This document shows, piece after piece, positions 26,057 to 36,012 of a DNA stretch of 62,007 bases. The notes under the pieces are model-generated. The model saw nothing but the letters and a program-made list of their open reading frames with translations, ran no database searches and was not told the DNA's origin. Source of the stretch: a virus. Lineage: Duplodnaviria > Caudoviricetes. How positions within the stretch are numbered: the first letter of the stretch is position 1; the number at the start of each line of letters is the position of its first letter. A program made the translations under genes and the position numbers. The DNA lies in the IMG/VR virus record IMGVR_UViG_3300042307_001090, positions 1 to 62,007 of that record. The stretch is one strand, 5' to 3'.

Positions 26057-27750
26057 GCGAAAGAAAGTTCAGGCTGTTCAATGGTGGTGGTAGTGGTGGT
26101 GGTGGCAGCGGCCTGCACGGTGGACGGTGCGCCGAGCATCGGCAGCGTTCCTGCGCCGACCTGCAGGTTGCGGCCGAAATACTTTGCGGCGGTCTTGTCG
26201 CCCAGCTCTTCAGTCGCCTGAGCGCCGTTGCGAATCCACCCGCGCAGGCGTCCGGTCTCGACGTTGAGCGCGAGGGCAAACTTCTGGTTGAGCCGGATAT
26301 GGATGTTGCGATTGAGGAATGCGCGCACGTCAAACAAGACCTCGCGCTGGCCGTCCACCGTCGCCCAGAACTCCTCGCGAGTGCCGCTCGTCCAGTTGCG
26401 CCGGCCTTGGTAGGTCAGCCGGGCGTCATTGGTGTCACCCATGAAGCCGAGCCCGTGCGCGACCGTCAGCATGTCGCCCATAAAATCAGCGGCGGACTGG
26501 TCGAGGCCGCTATCGTAGGAGCCCGTCGGCCGGACGCCGCCCATGTGCTGAAGCACGATCCGGTACTCAAGCGCGATGTGCGTAGGCTTCTGGTCATCCG
26601 AGCAGTAGCGCCAGCGGTCGAAGGTGAACACCCGCTCGTTCGACTTATAGTTCTTCACGTTGGCCTTGCCGACCATCGAGTCAAAGGTCTCCAGCAGCTG
26701 CTCGTTTATGTGAGTGTTGGCGTTTTTCATCACCCACATAATTACTGCGTGAATATTGGAGACGGAAAAATCAACCGCTCCGGATCGATTGAGCGTGTTG
26801 AGCATCGCCTGGCGCTTCTTGGAGGTGAGCCGGTTGGTCACCGACTTCATGTGCGAGAAAAGCTCCTGCCAGTACGTGTTGCGCAGGCCGGCAAGCCGGG
26901 CCTTGAGGCATCCCATGATCCGGACCGGCGAAACGTCGAACTCCTTAAGCAGGTCAACGTCGAGCTGCTTCACGAGGTCGTAGTTCTTGCGGACGTGGTC
27001 AAGGTCTTCGTTGTAGAGAGCGACCAACAGGTCGGGGTAATTGGCACCAACGACCAGGGCGTCCATCTTGGAGTTCCTGCGGGTGCCCTTTTCATGATCG
27101 CCGACGGTGGCTTTGTCGGCTGAAAACTTCTCGCGCAGGTCAGCAAACTGCGCCTGGGCGAACCGATCAAACGCGTCGTCCTTCTCGCGCGACAGCTCTA
27201 TGCGGATCAGGTGAACCTTGGCGCGGGCTGCGCGGTCCTCGGCGTCGAGAAAATCAAACGAGCCTACGATGTGGTGCTTGGCCTCGCGGTATTCGAGGGC
27301 GTTCTTGATGTCGATCGACGCCTCCCAGCGTTGCGGGATAGCGAGGTAAACAAGGCGCGACGACGACTCGCGAATGATCTTCGTGGCCCAGTCGGCAAAC
27401 TCAGAGTAGGGCGGGTTGCAGAACGTCACCTCGACCTGCTTGGCGACAAGCGACTGTTCGTGAAACTCGGTGCCGACGATGAAGATTTCGTTATCCATTT
27501 GCTCGCAAAGGATCGGCGACTTCTCAATCGCATATAGGGTCGAAAACTTGGCCTTGTCGCGAAGCGCGCGCAGGACCTTGCCATTGCCTGCGCCGATGTC
27601 CAGCACGCTGGAAATGTCGTGATAGGCGCGCCAGTGCGCGTGCCGCATGCTGTCGATGTCGGCGATCAGCTTGGCGATGATCTCGTTGGTGGTCGGGTAG
27701 AACTCGTGGTCTTGACCGGCCTGTTTGAGTTGGGTGACGAGGGCGTTCAT
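26053..27750 (-). CDS. N6-adenine DNA methyltransferase with DUF4942-like domain
   Basis: EFYPT, VLDIGAGNG, FCNPPY, AEDRAARAKV, F.N.NIH motifs. Confidence 0.85.
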   Translation of the reverse strand: MNALVTQLKQAGQDHEFYPTTNEIIAKLIADIDSMRHAHWRAYHDISSVLDIGAGNGKVLRALRDKAKFSTLYAIEKSPILCEQMDNEIFIVGTEFHEQSLVAKQVEVTFCNPPYSEFADWATKIIRESSSRLVYLAIPQRWEASIDIKNALEYREAKHHIVGSFDFLDAEDRAARAKVHLIRIELSREKDDAFDRFAQAQFADLREKFSADKATVGDHEKGTRRNSKMDALVVGANYPDLLVALYNEDLDHVRKNYDLVKQLDVDLLKEFDVSPVRIMGCLKARLAGLRNTYWQELFSHMKSVTNRLTSKKRQAMLNTLNRSGAVDFSVSNIHAVIMWVMKNANTHINEQLLETFDSMVGKANVKNYKSNERVFTFDRWRYCSDDQKPTHIALEYRIVLQHMGGVRPTGSYDSGLDQSAADFMGDMLTVAHGLGFMGDTNDARLTYQGRRNWTSGTREEFWATVDGQREVLFDVRAFLNRNIHIRLNQKFALALNVETGRLRGWIRNGAQATEELGDKTAAKYFGRNLQVGAGTLPMLGAPSTVQAAATTTTTTTIEQPELSFA

Positions 27751-28133
27751 TCGGTCGGGTAGTCAAGGGCTCCGGTCACGAGGGCGGTCAGGCTGGCCAA
27801 CTCCGCCGGTGCCTGCGCGGGGTTGTGGTGAACTGTCAACCACGCGAGACCTTGGAAAAATCCGGTCACAACGACCGTGCATCCGGGTGGGAGCGGGTAC
27901 TCGCCGCCGGGCATAAGGTCGGTGAAGCCAGCCCACTCGCCGCCTGCGCGGACGGTCATGCTGCGCATGTCGGGGCCGTAGGCGGTGTAGCGAGCATCCT
28001 CATGGATGTAGAACCGCGTCGCGGCGCTTACGCTAATATGGCGTTTGCTGTGGGCTGCGGACCAGTCGCCGATCTTCACACGGAGCGCGTCGGGCAGGCT
28101 GGCCAGTAATTTTTTGGTAAGGCGGATTTTCAT
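27747..28133 (-). CDS. Hypothetical protein
   Basis: 128 aa; GTTATG start downstream of an operator motif. Confidence 0.65.
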   Translation of the reverse strand: MKIRLTKKLLASLPDALRVKIGDWSAAHSKRHISVSAATRFYIHEDARYTAYGPDMRSMTVRAGGEWAGFTDLMPGGEYPLPPGCTVVVTGFFQGLAWLTVHHNPAQAPAELASLTALVTGALDYPTE

Positions 28134-28157
28134 AACGTCGCCGACTCAAACAGCCAC

Positions 28158-28171
28158 TTGCGCCGACGCAA
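28158..28171. promoter_or_regulatory. Palindromic operator/-35 motif TTGCG-N4-CGCAA
   Basis: One of nine copies. Confidence 0.7.
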
Positions 28172-28194
28172 GCACTTTCGCTAATTTCATAAAT

Positions 28195-28229
28195 AAAAAA
28201 GCCGAGCCATTTTGTAATGGACTCGGCTT
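28195..28229 (-). terminator. Rho-independent terminator
   Basis: GCCGAGCCAT...ATGGACTCGGC hairpin with A-run on its left (U-tract on minus strand). Confidence 0.7.
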
Positions 28230-28236
28230 GTGCGGC

Positions 28237-28452
28237 TTAGACCTTGCGATGCTTCAGCTCGTAAGCCTCGATGTCGGCCAGCGGGTAGAGAATCGCGCGG
28301 CCCACCTTTACGAACTGCGGGCCGCCTCCGCGGCTTCGCCAGGTAGCGAGTGTCGCGGCGGAAACTCCGCTCTTCCACCGCTCAATCAATTCGGCTGGGG
28401 TGAGCATAACCTGAGCGGGCTTCGGCGATAGCGCGTCAGAATACATCGTCAT
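28237..28452 (-). CDS. Excisionase/AlpA-like winged-helix protein
   Basis: LTPAEL.ERW..VS..TL..WR..G.GP.F.K.GR.ILY...DIE.YE. Confidence 0.85.
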   Translation of the reverse strand: MTMYSDALSPKPAQVMLTPAELIERWKSGVSAATLATWRSRGGGPQFVKVGRAILYPLADIEAYELKHRKV

Positions 28453-29572
28453 CGGCTCCTCCCTTGGTGGCAGGCGTGGCGGCAGGCTGCGGGGGCGCCC
28501 CGGCGGCGACGTTTGCAGGAGGCGCACCGTGCGCAGGCGCGGCGGGACTTTCAACACTCTTGTTCTCCTTCACGGGTTGGACCGGCGCGGGCTGCGCAGG
28601 CGGGGTAACGGGTGCAGGCGCGGACGTTCCGGCGATGGCCGCGTTGACGTCAGCCGCAGTGTCGGCACCGTTGGCCTCGCTGGCGGTTTGGCGGTGCGCG
28701 TCATAGCCGGCGGCGCTGGCCTTCAGCGTAGGCAGGTCGTCTTTCAGCGTCTGTTTGGTCTTCGCTGGCAGCGCCGTCCATGCGGCCTGTAGCGCGGCGG
28801 TGCCTTGCTCGCACACGTTGGCGAGCTGTGCACGGACGCGCTCAAGCTCCTTGTCCACCGGCGAAGCGCCGTCGATCCAACCGCGCAGGGCCTCGCCGGC
28901 GGCGACACCGAGATAACCTTGGCCCTTGCCGAGCACCTCGCGAATCGCCTCTGGGCACTTGAGCACGTCCTGAGTGCGGCCCATGTCGCGCATCATCAGC
29001 GACGCCGTCATCTCAAACATGAAGTTCTTTTCTTGGATCGGCTGGATGCCTAGCGACTCCACCAACGTGGCGCCGCGTTCGTCCTTGCCCATCTTCACTT
29101 TTTCGCGGGCTCGGAGGCACACGATGATGTGCATGGAAGATTGGAGGAGCACATTCATGAAGCGCTTGTGCTCGGCCTTCGCCTTGTTCCAGCGCGGCAG
29201 CTTCGGGTTGCCGTCGGTGGCGATTTCCTCGCAGCCTCCAAGACCTTCCCATTCATGCGTGGCGCTGTCGATCACGAGGACTTCGACGCCGGCCGCTTCA
29301 AAGTCGCGGATTGCCTCAACGTAGCGTTGCGGTGAGAACGGCGGGGTGAGGTCGCCGATCAGGAACTTGGCTCCGCCGGGCAGGATGTCGGCATAGAGAC
29401 GGCCGCGGCGATTCTCGGTGTCGAGAAAGCCGAGTTTTTTGCCGTCGCGCTTGGCGAGGCCGTAGCCGATTTGAATAGCCGTGTAGGTCTTGCCGCCGCC
29501 GGAAGTGCCGGCCAGGCCGAGGACGATCTTGGCGCCTTCGCGGCGTGCTTCTTCGATTTTAATAATAGACAT
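28436..29572 (-). CDS. AAA family ATPase (Sak4/AAA_24-like recombination protein)
   Basis: Walker A GTSGGGKT, DTENRRG, Walker B LVIDS.THEW.G.GG; acidic DDDVF tail. Confidence 0.85.
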   Translation of the reverse strand: MSIIKIEEARREGAKIVLGLAGTSGGGKTYTAIQIGYGLAKRDGKKLGFLDTENRRGRLYADILPGGAKFLIGDLTPPFSPQRYVEAIRDFEAAGVEVLVIDSATHEWEGLGGCEEIATDGNPKLPRWNKAKAEHKRFMNVLLQSSMHIIVCLRAREKVKMGKDERGATLVESLGIQPIQEKNFMFEMTASLMMRDMGRTQDVLKCPEAIREVLGKGQGYLGVAAGEALRGWIDGASPVDKELERVRAQLANVCEQGTAALQAAWTALPAKTKQTLKDDLPTLKASAAGYDAHRQTASEANGADTAADVNAAIAGTSAPAPVTPPAQPAPVQPVKENKSVESPAAPAHGAPPANVAAGAPPQPAATPATKGGADDDVF

Positions 29573-29595
29573 GGATGGTGATGCTGGTGGTTGGC

Positions 29596-30063
29596 TTACT
29601 CAGAGTCGGTGGCGTCGTCGGCCTGCGCAGGCTCGCGCGGTATTTCGTTGTCGGTACGGATAACGAGCACCGGAACCTTGGTCTTCACCCAGACTTGCTG
29701 CTCCTTGAAGTGCTTTCCGGGGATGTGCTCAAGTGCCTCGCCGACAGTTTTGGCGGGCATGAGTCGGCCTTTCTTCGTGGTGTTGAACTCGTAGGCCGCG
29801 CGGTGAAGGCGCTCCAACGTGGAAGTGACGGATTCGTCCTCCGGAATTTGGCAGACCCAAGCGACGAGGTCGTTGCCGGTAAGGAGTCCATTGGGATCGG
29901 AGACGATCACGGAAAACTGCTTTTTAATCGCGGGGGCTTTTTCCTCGTCGACCTCGGGTTGAGCCTGGAGGTTTAAGTCCTCGATGATTGCGCGGAATGT
30001 CTCGGGCGCTACGTCGTGGCGCTTAATGGTTTCGGCGACCTTGTTGATTTCTAATTTGGCCAT
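29596..30063 (-). CDS. Hypothetical protein
   Basis: 155 aa ORF with strong codon bias. Confidence 0.7.
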   Translation of the reverse strand: MAKLEINKVAETIKRHDVAPETFRAIIEDLNLQAQPEVDEEKAPAIKKQFSVIVSDPNGLLTGNDLVAWVCQIPEDESVTSTLERLHRAAYEFNTTKKGRLMPAKTVGEALEHIPGKHFKEQQVWVKTKVPVLVIRTDNEIPREPAQADDATDSE

Positions 30064-30102
30064 GGTAATGCGGGTGTTGCTGATTTTTTCTGATTTTCTG
30101 GG

Positions 30103-31029
30103 TTACTGATTCAAGGATTTGCTCGCCCAGACAGGCAGATCCAAAGGGAGAACGGCATCGCCGTAGCCTGGCCACTGGCCGGACTCGACGCACGCCGCGT
30201 AGGTAGCGAGGTCGCGGCGATACCGCGCGCGGCCCGCCTCGATCATTTCAGGTGTCGCGACGTAGCAAGCCACCAAGTGCGGAGCGTCATTCTCGACGCA
30301 CACAAAGATGAACTTGCCGTCGATTCCGGTAATGGCCCGGTAACCGTCGAGATAGAAGGCAGCCTGCACGTCGTAGCGGTAGCTCCACGCGTCGCGGCTG
30401 AACGCTTCCGCGCTGGCGTCCTTGGTCGTCTTTACGTCCAAAATGAACTGGTCGCTCGCATGAATCCGGTCGGTTCGTGCCCGGCAGCGAAGGCCGGTAT
30501 CGGGGTCTTGCCAGAACATGGACGCCTCGGTATGGCCGCCAGCCAGTAGCAGGCGCCCGGCGCTCGGGTGCGCCATGAGTGCCGCCTGCACGGCGGACAG
30601 CTTGCCCAACTCGGCGGCGTCCACCATTTCCTTGCCGATGTTCTCGGCGTCAAAGCGTGCCCAGGCGGTGGCGGCCGCGATCACCTCGGGGCGTGGATTC
30701 TTGGCATTCACGCTGCGGGCCTGCGGGCGCTCCGGCATGTGAGGCGGCGTGCACGCAACCTCGTCAGCAAACCGCCCCGGCTCCAACGCGCGCAGGTGCA
30801 CCAGCGTCCCCCAGCGTTGCGCAGGGGTCGGCGTGTGCGGGTTGCGCAAGCCGTGAAGGAACATAGCGGGGCAGCGTGCGATCTTGTGCAGACCGTGCGC
30901 GGAAATCTCAGGGCGGGAGTGGTAAATGTGCGGCGGCATGTCTGTAACGATGCCGTTTAATTCAGCGCTCTCGACGCCAGCTCCGGCAGATAACACATCA
31001 TTTAGGGACTCAAAACTTACGACGCTCAC
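30103..31029 (-). CDS. RecE-like PD-(D/E)XK exonuclease (DUF3799-like)
   Basis: YH...IS..GL, GTLVH..LEP, CRARTD, DVKTT, Y..QAAFY. Confidence 0.9.
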   Translation of the reverse strand: MSVVSFESLNDVLSAGAGVESAELNGIVTDMPPHIYHSRPEISAHGLHKIARCPAMFLHGLRNPHTPTPAQRWGTLVHLRALEPGRFADEVACTPPHMPERPQARSVNAKNPRPEVIAAATAWARFDAENIGKEMVDAAELGKLSAVQAALMAHPSAGRLLLAGGHTEASMFWQDPDTGLRCRARTDRIHASDQFILDVKTTKDASAEAFSRDAWSYRYDVQAAFYLDGYRAITGIDGKFIFVCVENDAPHLVACYVATPEMIEAGRARYRRDLATYAACVESGQWPGYGDAVLPLDLPVWASKSLNQ

Positions 31030-31283
31030 TTGCGTCCTTTCTTTTTCGCCGCGGTTGCGGCTTTGGTTGGCTTGGCGGCCGGCGTGACCACGGGCTGCGG
31101 GTGGGGCAACGCCAGCAACTCAGCCGGAAACAGCGTCTCGGTTTTGACCTCCTTAAAGCCGAGCTGCTTCATGATCACCTCCAGGGTTGGGGCGTCCTTC
31201 GCGACGATGAAATAGCGATCACCTTCAGGGGTTGCGCACGAGGCTGCTGAGCCGGAGTGCTTGAGTGCGTTGGTGGCGATCAT
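31026..31283 (-). CDS. Hypothetical protein
   Basis: 85 aa coupled ORF with basic tail. Confidence 0.6.
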   Translation of the reverse strand: MIATNALKHSGSAASCATPEGDRYFIVAKDAPTLEVIMKQLGFKEVKTETLFPAELLALPHPQPVVTPAAKPTKAATAAKKKGRK

Positions 31284-31747
31284 GCGCGGCCTCCTTTCAA
31301 GGGGCGGCGGAAACGCAGGGTGTCACGGGCACCAACGCGCGTGCCGATAACCCCATGGCCCGCTGAGACCGGCAGGTAGCCGACTCCGGCATGGTTTACA
31401 GCGGAGGTCGCCTCGTCTCCGACGATTACCATTTCGCCAACTTTGAGCGCTCGAAACTTAGTGGTTTTGGTCTTCGCGGGGACGCCAATCGCTCGGCATT
31501 TAGGAGCCGCCGACTGCGATGACGCCAATTGCCGCGAGCACATTGATGAAGGTTTGGAACATTTCTGGGTCTCCTTGCGGCGATACTGTTTCGGGGCTTG
31601 AGCGACACTGCCGACGCACTCGGTGGCCTGCCACTTGCGGAGAAAGCTGCGGTACTCATCGCCTTCGCGAATCACTTCGCCAACTTTTAGAAAGCGCCAG
31701 CCGTTTCCGGTTGGGCGCGGTTTGTTTTTAATTGCTTTGGTAGGCAT
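31280..31747 (-). CDS. Hypothetical protein with duplicated small domain
   Basis: WRFLKVGEVIREGDE...YRR and FRALKVGEMVIVGDE...FRR. Confidence 0.65.
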   Translation of the reverse strand: MPTKAIKNKPRPTGNGWRFLKVGEVIREGDEYRSFLRKWQATECVGSVAQAPKQYRRKETQKCSKPSSMCSRQLASSQSAAPKCRAIGVPAKTKTTKFRALKVGEMVIVGDEATSAVNHAGVGYLPVSAGHGVIGTRVGARDTLRFRRPLKGGRA

Positions 31748-31896
31748 AACGTCGCTGATTCATTGCGCCCGCGCAACCGATTGCAAGAACAAAATTGCGC
31801 TGGACTGAATTTCGTTTGCGCCCGCTCGCGCTCAATCGCCTTTTTACTCTTGCGCTAGCGCAACGCATGGGCATGCTGAGACCATCACATCTCACC
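31748..31896. promoter_or_regulatory. Divergent promoter region with two TTGCG-N4-CGCAA operators (31763-31776, 31850-31863)
   Basis: Strand switch point; two palindromes; TTGCGC-N16-CATGCT rightward. Confidence 0.7.
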
Positions 31897-32088
31897 ATGG
31901 ACATCAATAAAACACTCACGGACCTTCGCGGCCGTGCTCTTACCAAACACAAATCGGTTGCCGCTTGGCTTAAATCTGCTCGCGTGGCACCCTCCACTTA
32001 TTACGCGTGGACGCGTCCTCGTGCTGGTCGCATATCCATGCCCAGCACGCGCACCATTGCGCGCCTTGAAAACGCAGCCGAGGGCTGA
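31897..32088 (+). CDS. Cro-like HTH regulator
   Basis: SVAAWLKSARVAPSTYYAW...PSTRTIARL; first gene of the rightward operon. Confidence 0.7.
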   Translation: MDINKTLTDLRGRALTKHKSVAAWLKSARVAPSTYYAWTRPRAGRISMPSTRTIARLENAAEG

Positions 32089-32090
32089 AC

Positions 32091-33686
32091 GTGGCTCTCG
32101 TTCTTCGCGACTACCAAGTCAATGGAGTCGATTTGATCCGCAATGCGTTTCGATCAGGGAAGCGTGCGCCCCTCTTCGTTGCCCCTACAGGCGCGGGAAA
32201 AACCACCATCTTCAGCTTCATCACAGAAGGCGCTGCCAAAAAAGGCCGGCGCGTGTGGATACTTGTTCACCGCTCCGAGCTGAAGGACCAAACCTCTCGC
32301 ACGCTGCGTGAGATAGGCGTGGCGCATGGGCTGATCGCTTCGGGCGAAAGCATGGACCAGACCCAAATCGTCCAAGTCGCGAGCGTGCAAACGGTGGTCA
32401 AGCGGCTCGACAAGGTGATCCCTCCTGACCTCATCATCACCGACGAGGCGCACCATGCCGCCGCAGGAACCTATGCAAAGATCGCGCAGGCATTCCCGAA
32501 GGCCCTCAACCTTGGCGTTTCAGCTACGCCCCAGCGCTTAGACGGCAAGGGGCTTAGCGGGGTTTTTGACATCCTTATTCGCGGCCCTGAAGTCGCTGAT
32601 TTGATCGAGCGCGGCTTCCTTTCCCGCCCTGCTTACTTCTGCCCCCCTGTTCAATTCGACGCATCGCAACTTCATGTAACGGCAGGCGACTTCAATAAAC
32701 ATGACCTTGAGGAGGTGGTGGATAAACCCAAAATCGTGGGCGACTCGGTGGCCACCTACGCGAGGATTTGCCCCGGCGCTCCGGCGATCGCGTTTTGTGT
32801 TTCCGTTCAGCACGCCCAGCACGTAGCCGAAGCGTTTCGAGCGGCCGGTTATCGAGCCGCAACGATTGATGGCGATATGTTGCCGGCTCAAAGGCGCGAC
32901 TTAATTTCGTCATTAGGTGACGGGCGCCTGCACGTGCTGACTTCATGCGACCTGATTGGCGAGGGCGTTGATGTCCCTGTTGTGAGCGTGGCAATCCTGT
33001 TGCGGCCCACTCAGTCGCTTGGCCTGCACATCCAGCAGATCGGTCGCTGCCTGCGTCCTGTCTATGACAAACGCCTTCCTATTACCACGGACGCCGAACG
33101 GATAGCCGCCATTGCCGCCGGTCCTAAGCCGCGCGCCATCGTGCTTGACCACGCCGGCAATTGCCTGCGTCACGGGCTGGCCGAGGAATATCGTGAGTGG
33201 TCGCTCGACGGGCGCGCCGATACCAAGAAAAAGAAAAAGGACGGCGATGCCGGTGATCGCGTGTGTCAGTGCCCAAAATGTTATTCAGTCCACATGCCTG
33301 CTCCTAAGTGTGAAGCATGCGGGCATGCGTACATTAAAGAAGGCAGAGAAATTGAGCAGGTTGCTGGTGAACTTGTTGAGTTAATCACACCAATGGTTGG
33401 TGCGGCAGCAAGTGGAGCGTCGTTTATTCAATGCCCGTCATGCACACACGTACACGCGGGGCGACTAAGTATCTGCCCGCGTTGTGCACGCGATCACGGG
33501 GGCGCGGAAGTAAGGGCCGCGCGGCAAGAGCGTGGATCAGCACAGACGTTTCAGCAGCTCATCGACTTCGCCAAGAAGCGTAGCTATAAAAATCCGCATG
33601 GTTACGCCGCTCACGTGTGGAAAGCTCGGCATGGACACTACCCAACCGCCGAAGAAAGACACACCCAAGTTCTTGCTGGACTTTAG
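32091..33686 (+). CDS. SF2 DEAH helicase (RadD/YejH-like) with C-terminal Zn ribbons
   Basis: LRDYQ, APTGAGKT, DEAHH, SATP.RLDG, QQIGRCLR, CxxC pairs. Confidence 0.95.
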   Translation: MALVLRDYQVNGVDLIRNAFRSGKRAPLFVAPTGAGKTTIFSFITEGAAKKGRRVWILVHRSELKDQTSRTLREIGVAHGLIASGESMDQTQIVQVASVQTVVKRLDKVIPPDLIITDEAHHAAAGTYAKIAQAFPKALNLGVSATPQRLDGKGLSGVFDILIRGPEVADLIERGFLSRPAYFCPPVQFDASQLHVTAGDFNKHDLEEVVDKPKIVGDSVATYARICPGAPAIAFCVSVQHAQHVAEAFRAAGYRAATIDGDMLPAQRRDLISSLGDGRLHVLTSCDLIGEGVDVPVVSVAILLRPTQSLGLHIQQIGRCLRPVYDKRLPITTDAERIAAIAAGPKPRAIVLDHAGNCLRHGLAEEYREWSLDGRADTKKKKKDGDAGDRVCQCPKCYSVHMPAPKCEACGHAYIKEGREIEQVAGELVELITPMVGAAASGASFIQCPSCTHVHAGRLSICPRCARDHGGAEVRAARQERGSAQTFQQLIDFAKKRSYKNPHGYAAHVWKARHGHYPTAEERHTQVLAGL

Positions 33687-33711
33687 TTGTTACGGGACTT
33701 TTTATCCGGCC

Positions 33712-34473
33712 ATGCGAAAAGACGAAGCCGAACGAAAGAAATACGAGCGCGACTACTACCTGAAAAACGCCGAGCGCATTAAGGCGCGCACGAAACAGTG
33801 GGCAGAGGAAAACCGAGATAAGGTTATTGCCGCTAGGCGGAAGTGGGCCAAAGGCGAGAAGCCCAAGAAGATTAGGCGTGACTACTACAAACAAAATGCA
33901 GAGGCGATAAAGGCGAAGGTTCAGGCCTGGCGCATTGCAAACAAGGATAAATTCATGGAGCAGCGCAAAGTCCATGCATTAAAGAACAGGGAGAAACTGC
34001 GCATATACAAATCTCTGCTTCCGAAGAAAAAACCTTCCCAAGAACAAAAAAAAGCGCGAGCTGATCGCATGAGGATTGAGCGTGAAACCTGTCCGCAGGC
34101 CGCTATTGTGAATAGGTTGAGGAGTCGCATTCGCCATGGTATTGCTGGCCGCTGCAAGTCAGCCCCTACAGAAACACTCATCGGCTGCACTTTTGACCAA
34201 GCCCGCGCCCATTTAGGGGTCAAAGAAGTTGCCGACTTAAAGGATGTTCATATTGATCACGTAATCCCAGTCGCTGCGTTTGATTTAACACACAAAGACG
34301 CGCAATTGGTTGCGTTCAATTTTCTAAATACTCAGCTTCTTCCAAAAAAAGAGAACATCGCCAAGAAACACAAACTGCCTGACGATTGGTTTTCTAGGCT
34401 CATAAATCTTTGCGGCAAGGTCGGGGTGGAGCCATCGCCTATTTGGTTCTTTTCACTGCGTCCATCGTTTTAG
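33712..34473 (+). CDS. HNH homing endonuclease-like protein
   Basis: Basic N-terminal repeats; HIDHVIP..AFDL...NTQLL...EN..K; lower GC than flanks. Confidence 0.75.
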   Translation: MRKDEAERKKYERDYYLKNAERIKARTKQWAEENRDKVIAARRKWAKGEKPKKIRRDYYKQNAEAIKAKVQAWRIANKDKFMEQRKVHALKNREKLRIYKSLLPKKKPSQEQKKARADRMRIERETCPQAAIVNRLRSRIRHGIAGRCKSAPTETLIGCTFDQARAHLGVKEVADLKDVHIDHVIPVAAFDLTHKDAQLVAFNFLNTQLLPKKENIAKKHKLPDDWFSRLINLCGKVGVEPSPIWFFSLRPSF

Positions 34474-34485
34474 CTGTGATTCTGC

Positions 34486-34499
34486 TTGCGCTTTCGCAA
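34486..34499. promoter_or_regulatory. Palindromic operator/-35 motif TTGCG-N4-CGCAA
   Basis: One of nine copies; upstream of the SSB-like gene. Confidence 0.7.
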
Positions 34500-34524
34500 C
34501 TAGGGAGCATAACCGGCGACCGCT

Positions 34525-34839
34525 ATGGCAAATCTAATCACGGTAAAAATCGACGTTCGGAAACTGGACAAGGCCCGGTTCTTTGAGGGCAAGCCCGACA
34601 AAAAAGGACATAAGCCGCTTTATGCGGACATCGTTCTCGTTGCTCGCAAAGAAGTCGGCCAATACGGCGACACCCACATCGTTAAGCAGTCGAAGAAAAA
34701 AGAGGAGCAGGTTGAAATGCCGATCATAGGCAGCGCGACCGAGCGGGTTTTTTCGCAAGCCGCGAAGGCACCGGCACCCGCCCCGGCGACCAACACCCCA
34801 CCCCCGCAGGAAAACATCGACGAGGATGTGCCGTTTTGA
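34525..34839 (+). CDS. Putative single-stranded DNA-binding protein
   Basis: Small beta protein, Pro-rich linker, acidic DEDVPF C-terminus. Confidence 0.65.
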   Translation: MANLITVKIDVRKLDKARFFEGKPDKKGHKPLYADIVLVARKEVGQYGDTHIVKQSKKKEEQVEMPIIGSATERVFSQAAKAPAPAPATNTPPPQENIDEDVPF

Positions 34840-34858
34840 TCACCAAGGACACCCATCC

Positions 34859-35278
34859 ATGAAGATCAAATTGCTCTCACCCACCGCTCGCATTCCAAAG
34901 CGTGCGACTTCCGGCTCTTCCGGTTACGACGTGTTTGCCGCTCGGGCGGTCCGCGTTCCGGCCCGTGGGCGCGCGCTCATTCCGCTCGATGTCGCCGTTG
35001 AGTTACCGCCTCAAATTGAGCTGCAAATCCGGCCGCGCTCCGGCATGTCACTCAAAAAGGGCGTGCATGCAATCTTCGGCACGGTCGATAACGATTACCG
35101 TGGCCCGGTCGGCGTCATCCTGTTCAACGAGTCAGACGCGCCTTTCCACGTTTCAGTTGGCGACCGGGTCGCGCAGGCTGTTCCTGTTTGGCTCTGTGAA
35201 CTGAGTCCCATTGAAGTGGTGGATACGCTTACCAGCACCAACCGCGGTTCAGGCGGTTTTGGAAGCACGGGGAAATGA
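34859..35278 (+). CDS. dut: dUTPase
   Basis: SGYD, IRPRSG, GTVDNDYRG, GDRVAQ, RGSGGFGSTG (all five motifs). Confidence 0.97.
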   Translation: MKIKLLSPTARIPKRATSGSSGYDVFAARAVRVPARGRALIPLDVAVELPPQIELQIRPRSGMSLKKGVHAIFGTVDNDYRGPVGVILFNESDAPFHVSVGDRVAQAVPVWLCELSPIEVVDTLTSTNRGSGGFGSTGK

Positions 35279-35526
35279 AGCCCATTGTCCGCGCCGCTCC
35301 ACCCGTCGAGCCACCACAGCCACCGCCAGGCCCCGAGCGCTTCTTGAAGCGAACCGTCGAGTTTGACCTCAAAGGGGCTCGGGCGCAGGGCGTTGTCATT
35401 GCGGCGCGCGACAACGGGGTGCGCGGCAAGGGCGCGATCCCTGATTTTATTTTGACCGTGCGCGGAAAGTCTGGCCGCGTCATGGAGGTTTCGATTTACG
35501 ACACCTACGCCAGCATTCTCGATTAA
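35275..35526 (+). CDS. Hypothetical protein
   Basis: 83 aa coupled ORF. Confidence 0.6.
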   Translation: MKPIVRAAPPVEPPQPPPGPERFLKRTVEFDLKGARAQGVVIAARDNGVRGKGAIPDFILTVRGKSGRVMEVSIYDTYASILD

Positions 35527-35528
35527 CC

Positions 35529-35930
35529 ATGCCTACCCCACAAACTGAGAGGTCCGTTCAGCAATCAATCCTGCTTGCACTTGGATCGCGGCCGGATGTC
35601 CGATTGTTCAGGAACAACGTCGGCACCGGCTGGCAGGGTCGGATGCAGCGCATGACCGACGGCTCCGTCTTGCTTCGCGACCCGCGCCCGCTGAACGCCG
35701 GCCTGCACGTAGGAAGCGCCGACCTAATCGGGATGCAGCGCATCACCATTACGCCGGAGATGGTCGGCCGCGAAATAACGTGCTTCGTCAGTCTCGAATG
35801 CAAGTCCGCGACCGGCCGCCCGCGCCCTGAGCAGATTCAGTGGGCGGACTTCTGTCGAAAGTTCGGTGCCCGCGCCGGCATCGTCCGCTCTGTGGCTGAC
35901 GCCGAGGCGGTACTGTTCCCGGTCATTTGA
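35529..35930 (+). CDS. VRR-NUC domain nuclease
   Basis: E..VQ..I, LFRNNVG, GSADLIG, LECKS..GR...EQ..W, AGIVRSV.DA. Confidence 0.9.
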   Translation: MPTPQTERSVQQSILLALGSRPDVRLFRNNVGTGWQGRMQRMTDGSVLLRDPRPLNAGLHVGSADLIGMQRITITPEMVGREITCFVSLECKSATGRPRPEQIQWADFCRKFGARAGIVRSVADAEAVLFPVI

Positions 35931-35974
35931 TCCGCGCCATTACAAACCGATTCACAGTTTCCTCGACTTTGTGC

Positions 35975-35988
35975 TTGCGTGCACGCAA
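35975..35988. promoter_or_regulatory. Palindromic operator/-35 motif TTGCG-N4-CGCAA
   Basis: One of nine copies; ATTACAAACCG lies 25 nt upstream. Confidence 0.7.
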
Positions 35989-36012
35989 CTCGCGTTTTGA
36001 ATCGGCACCGTT

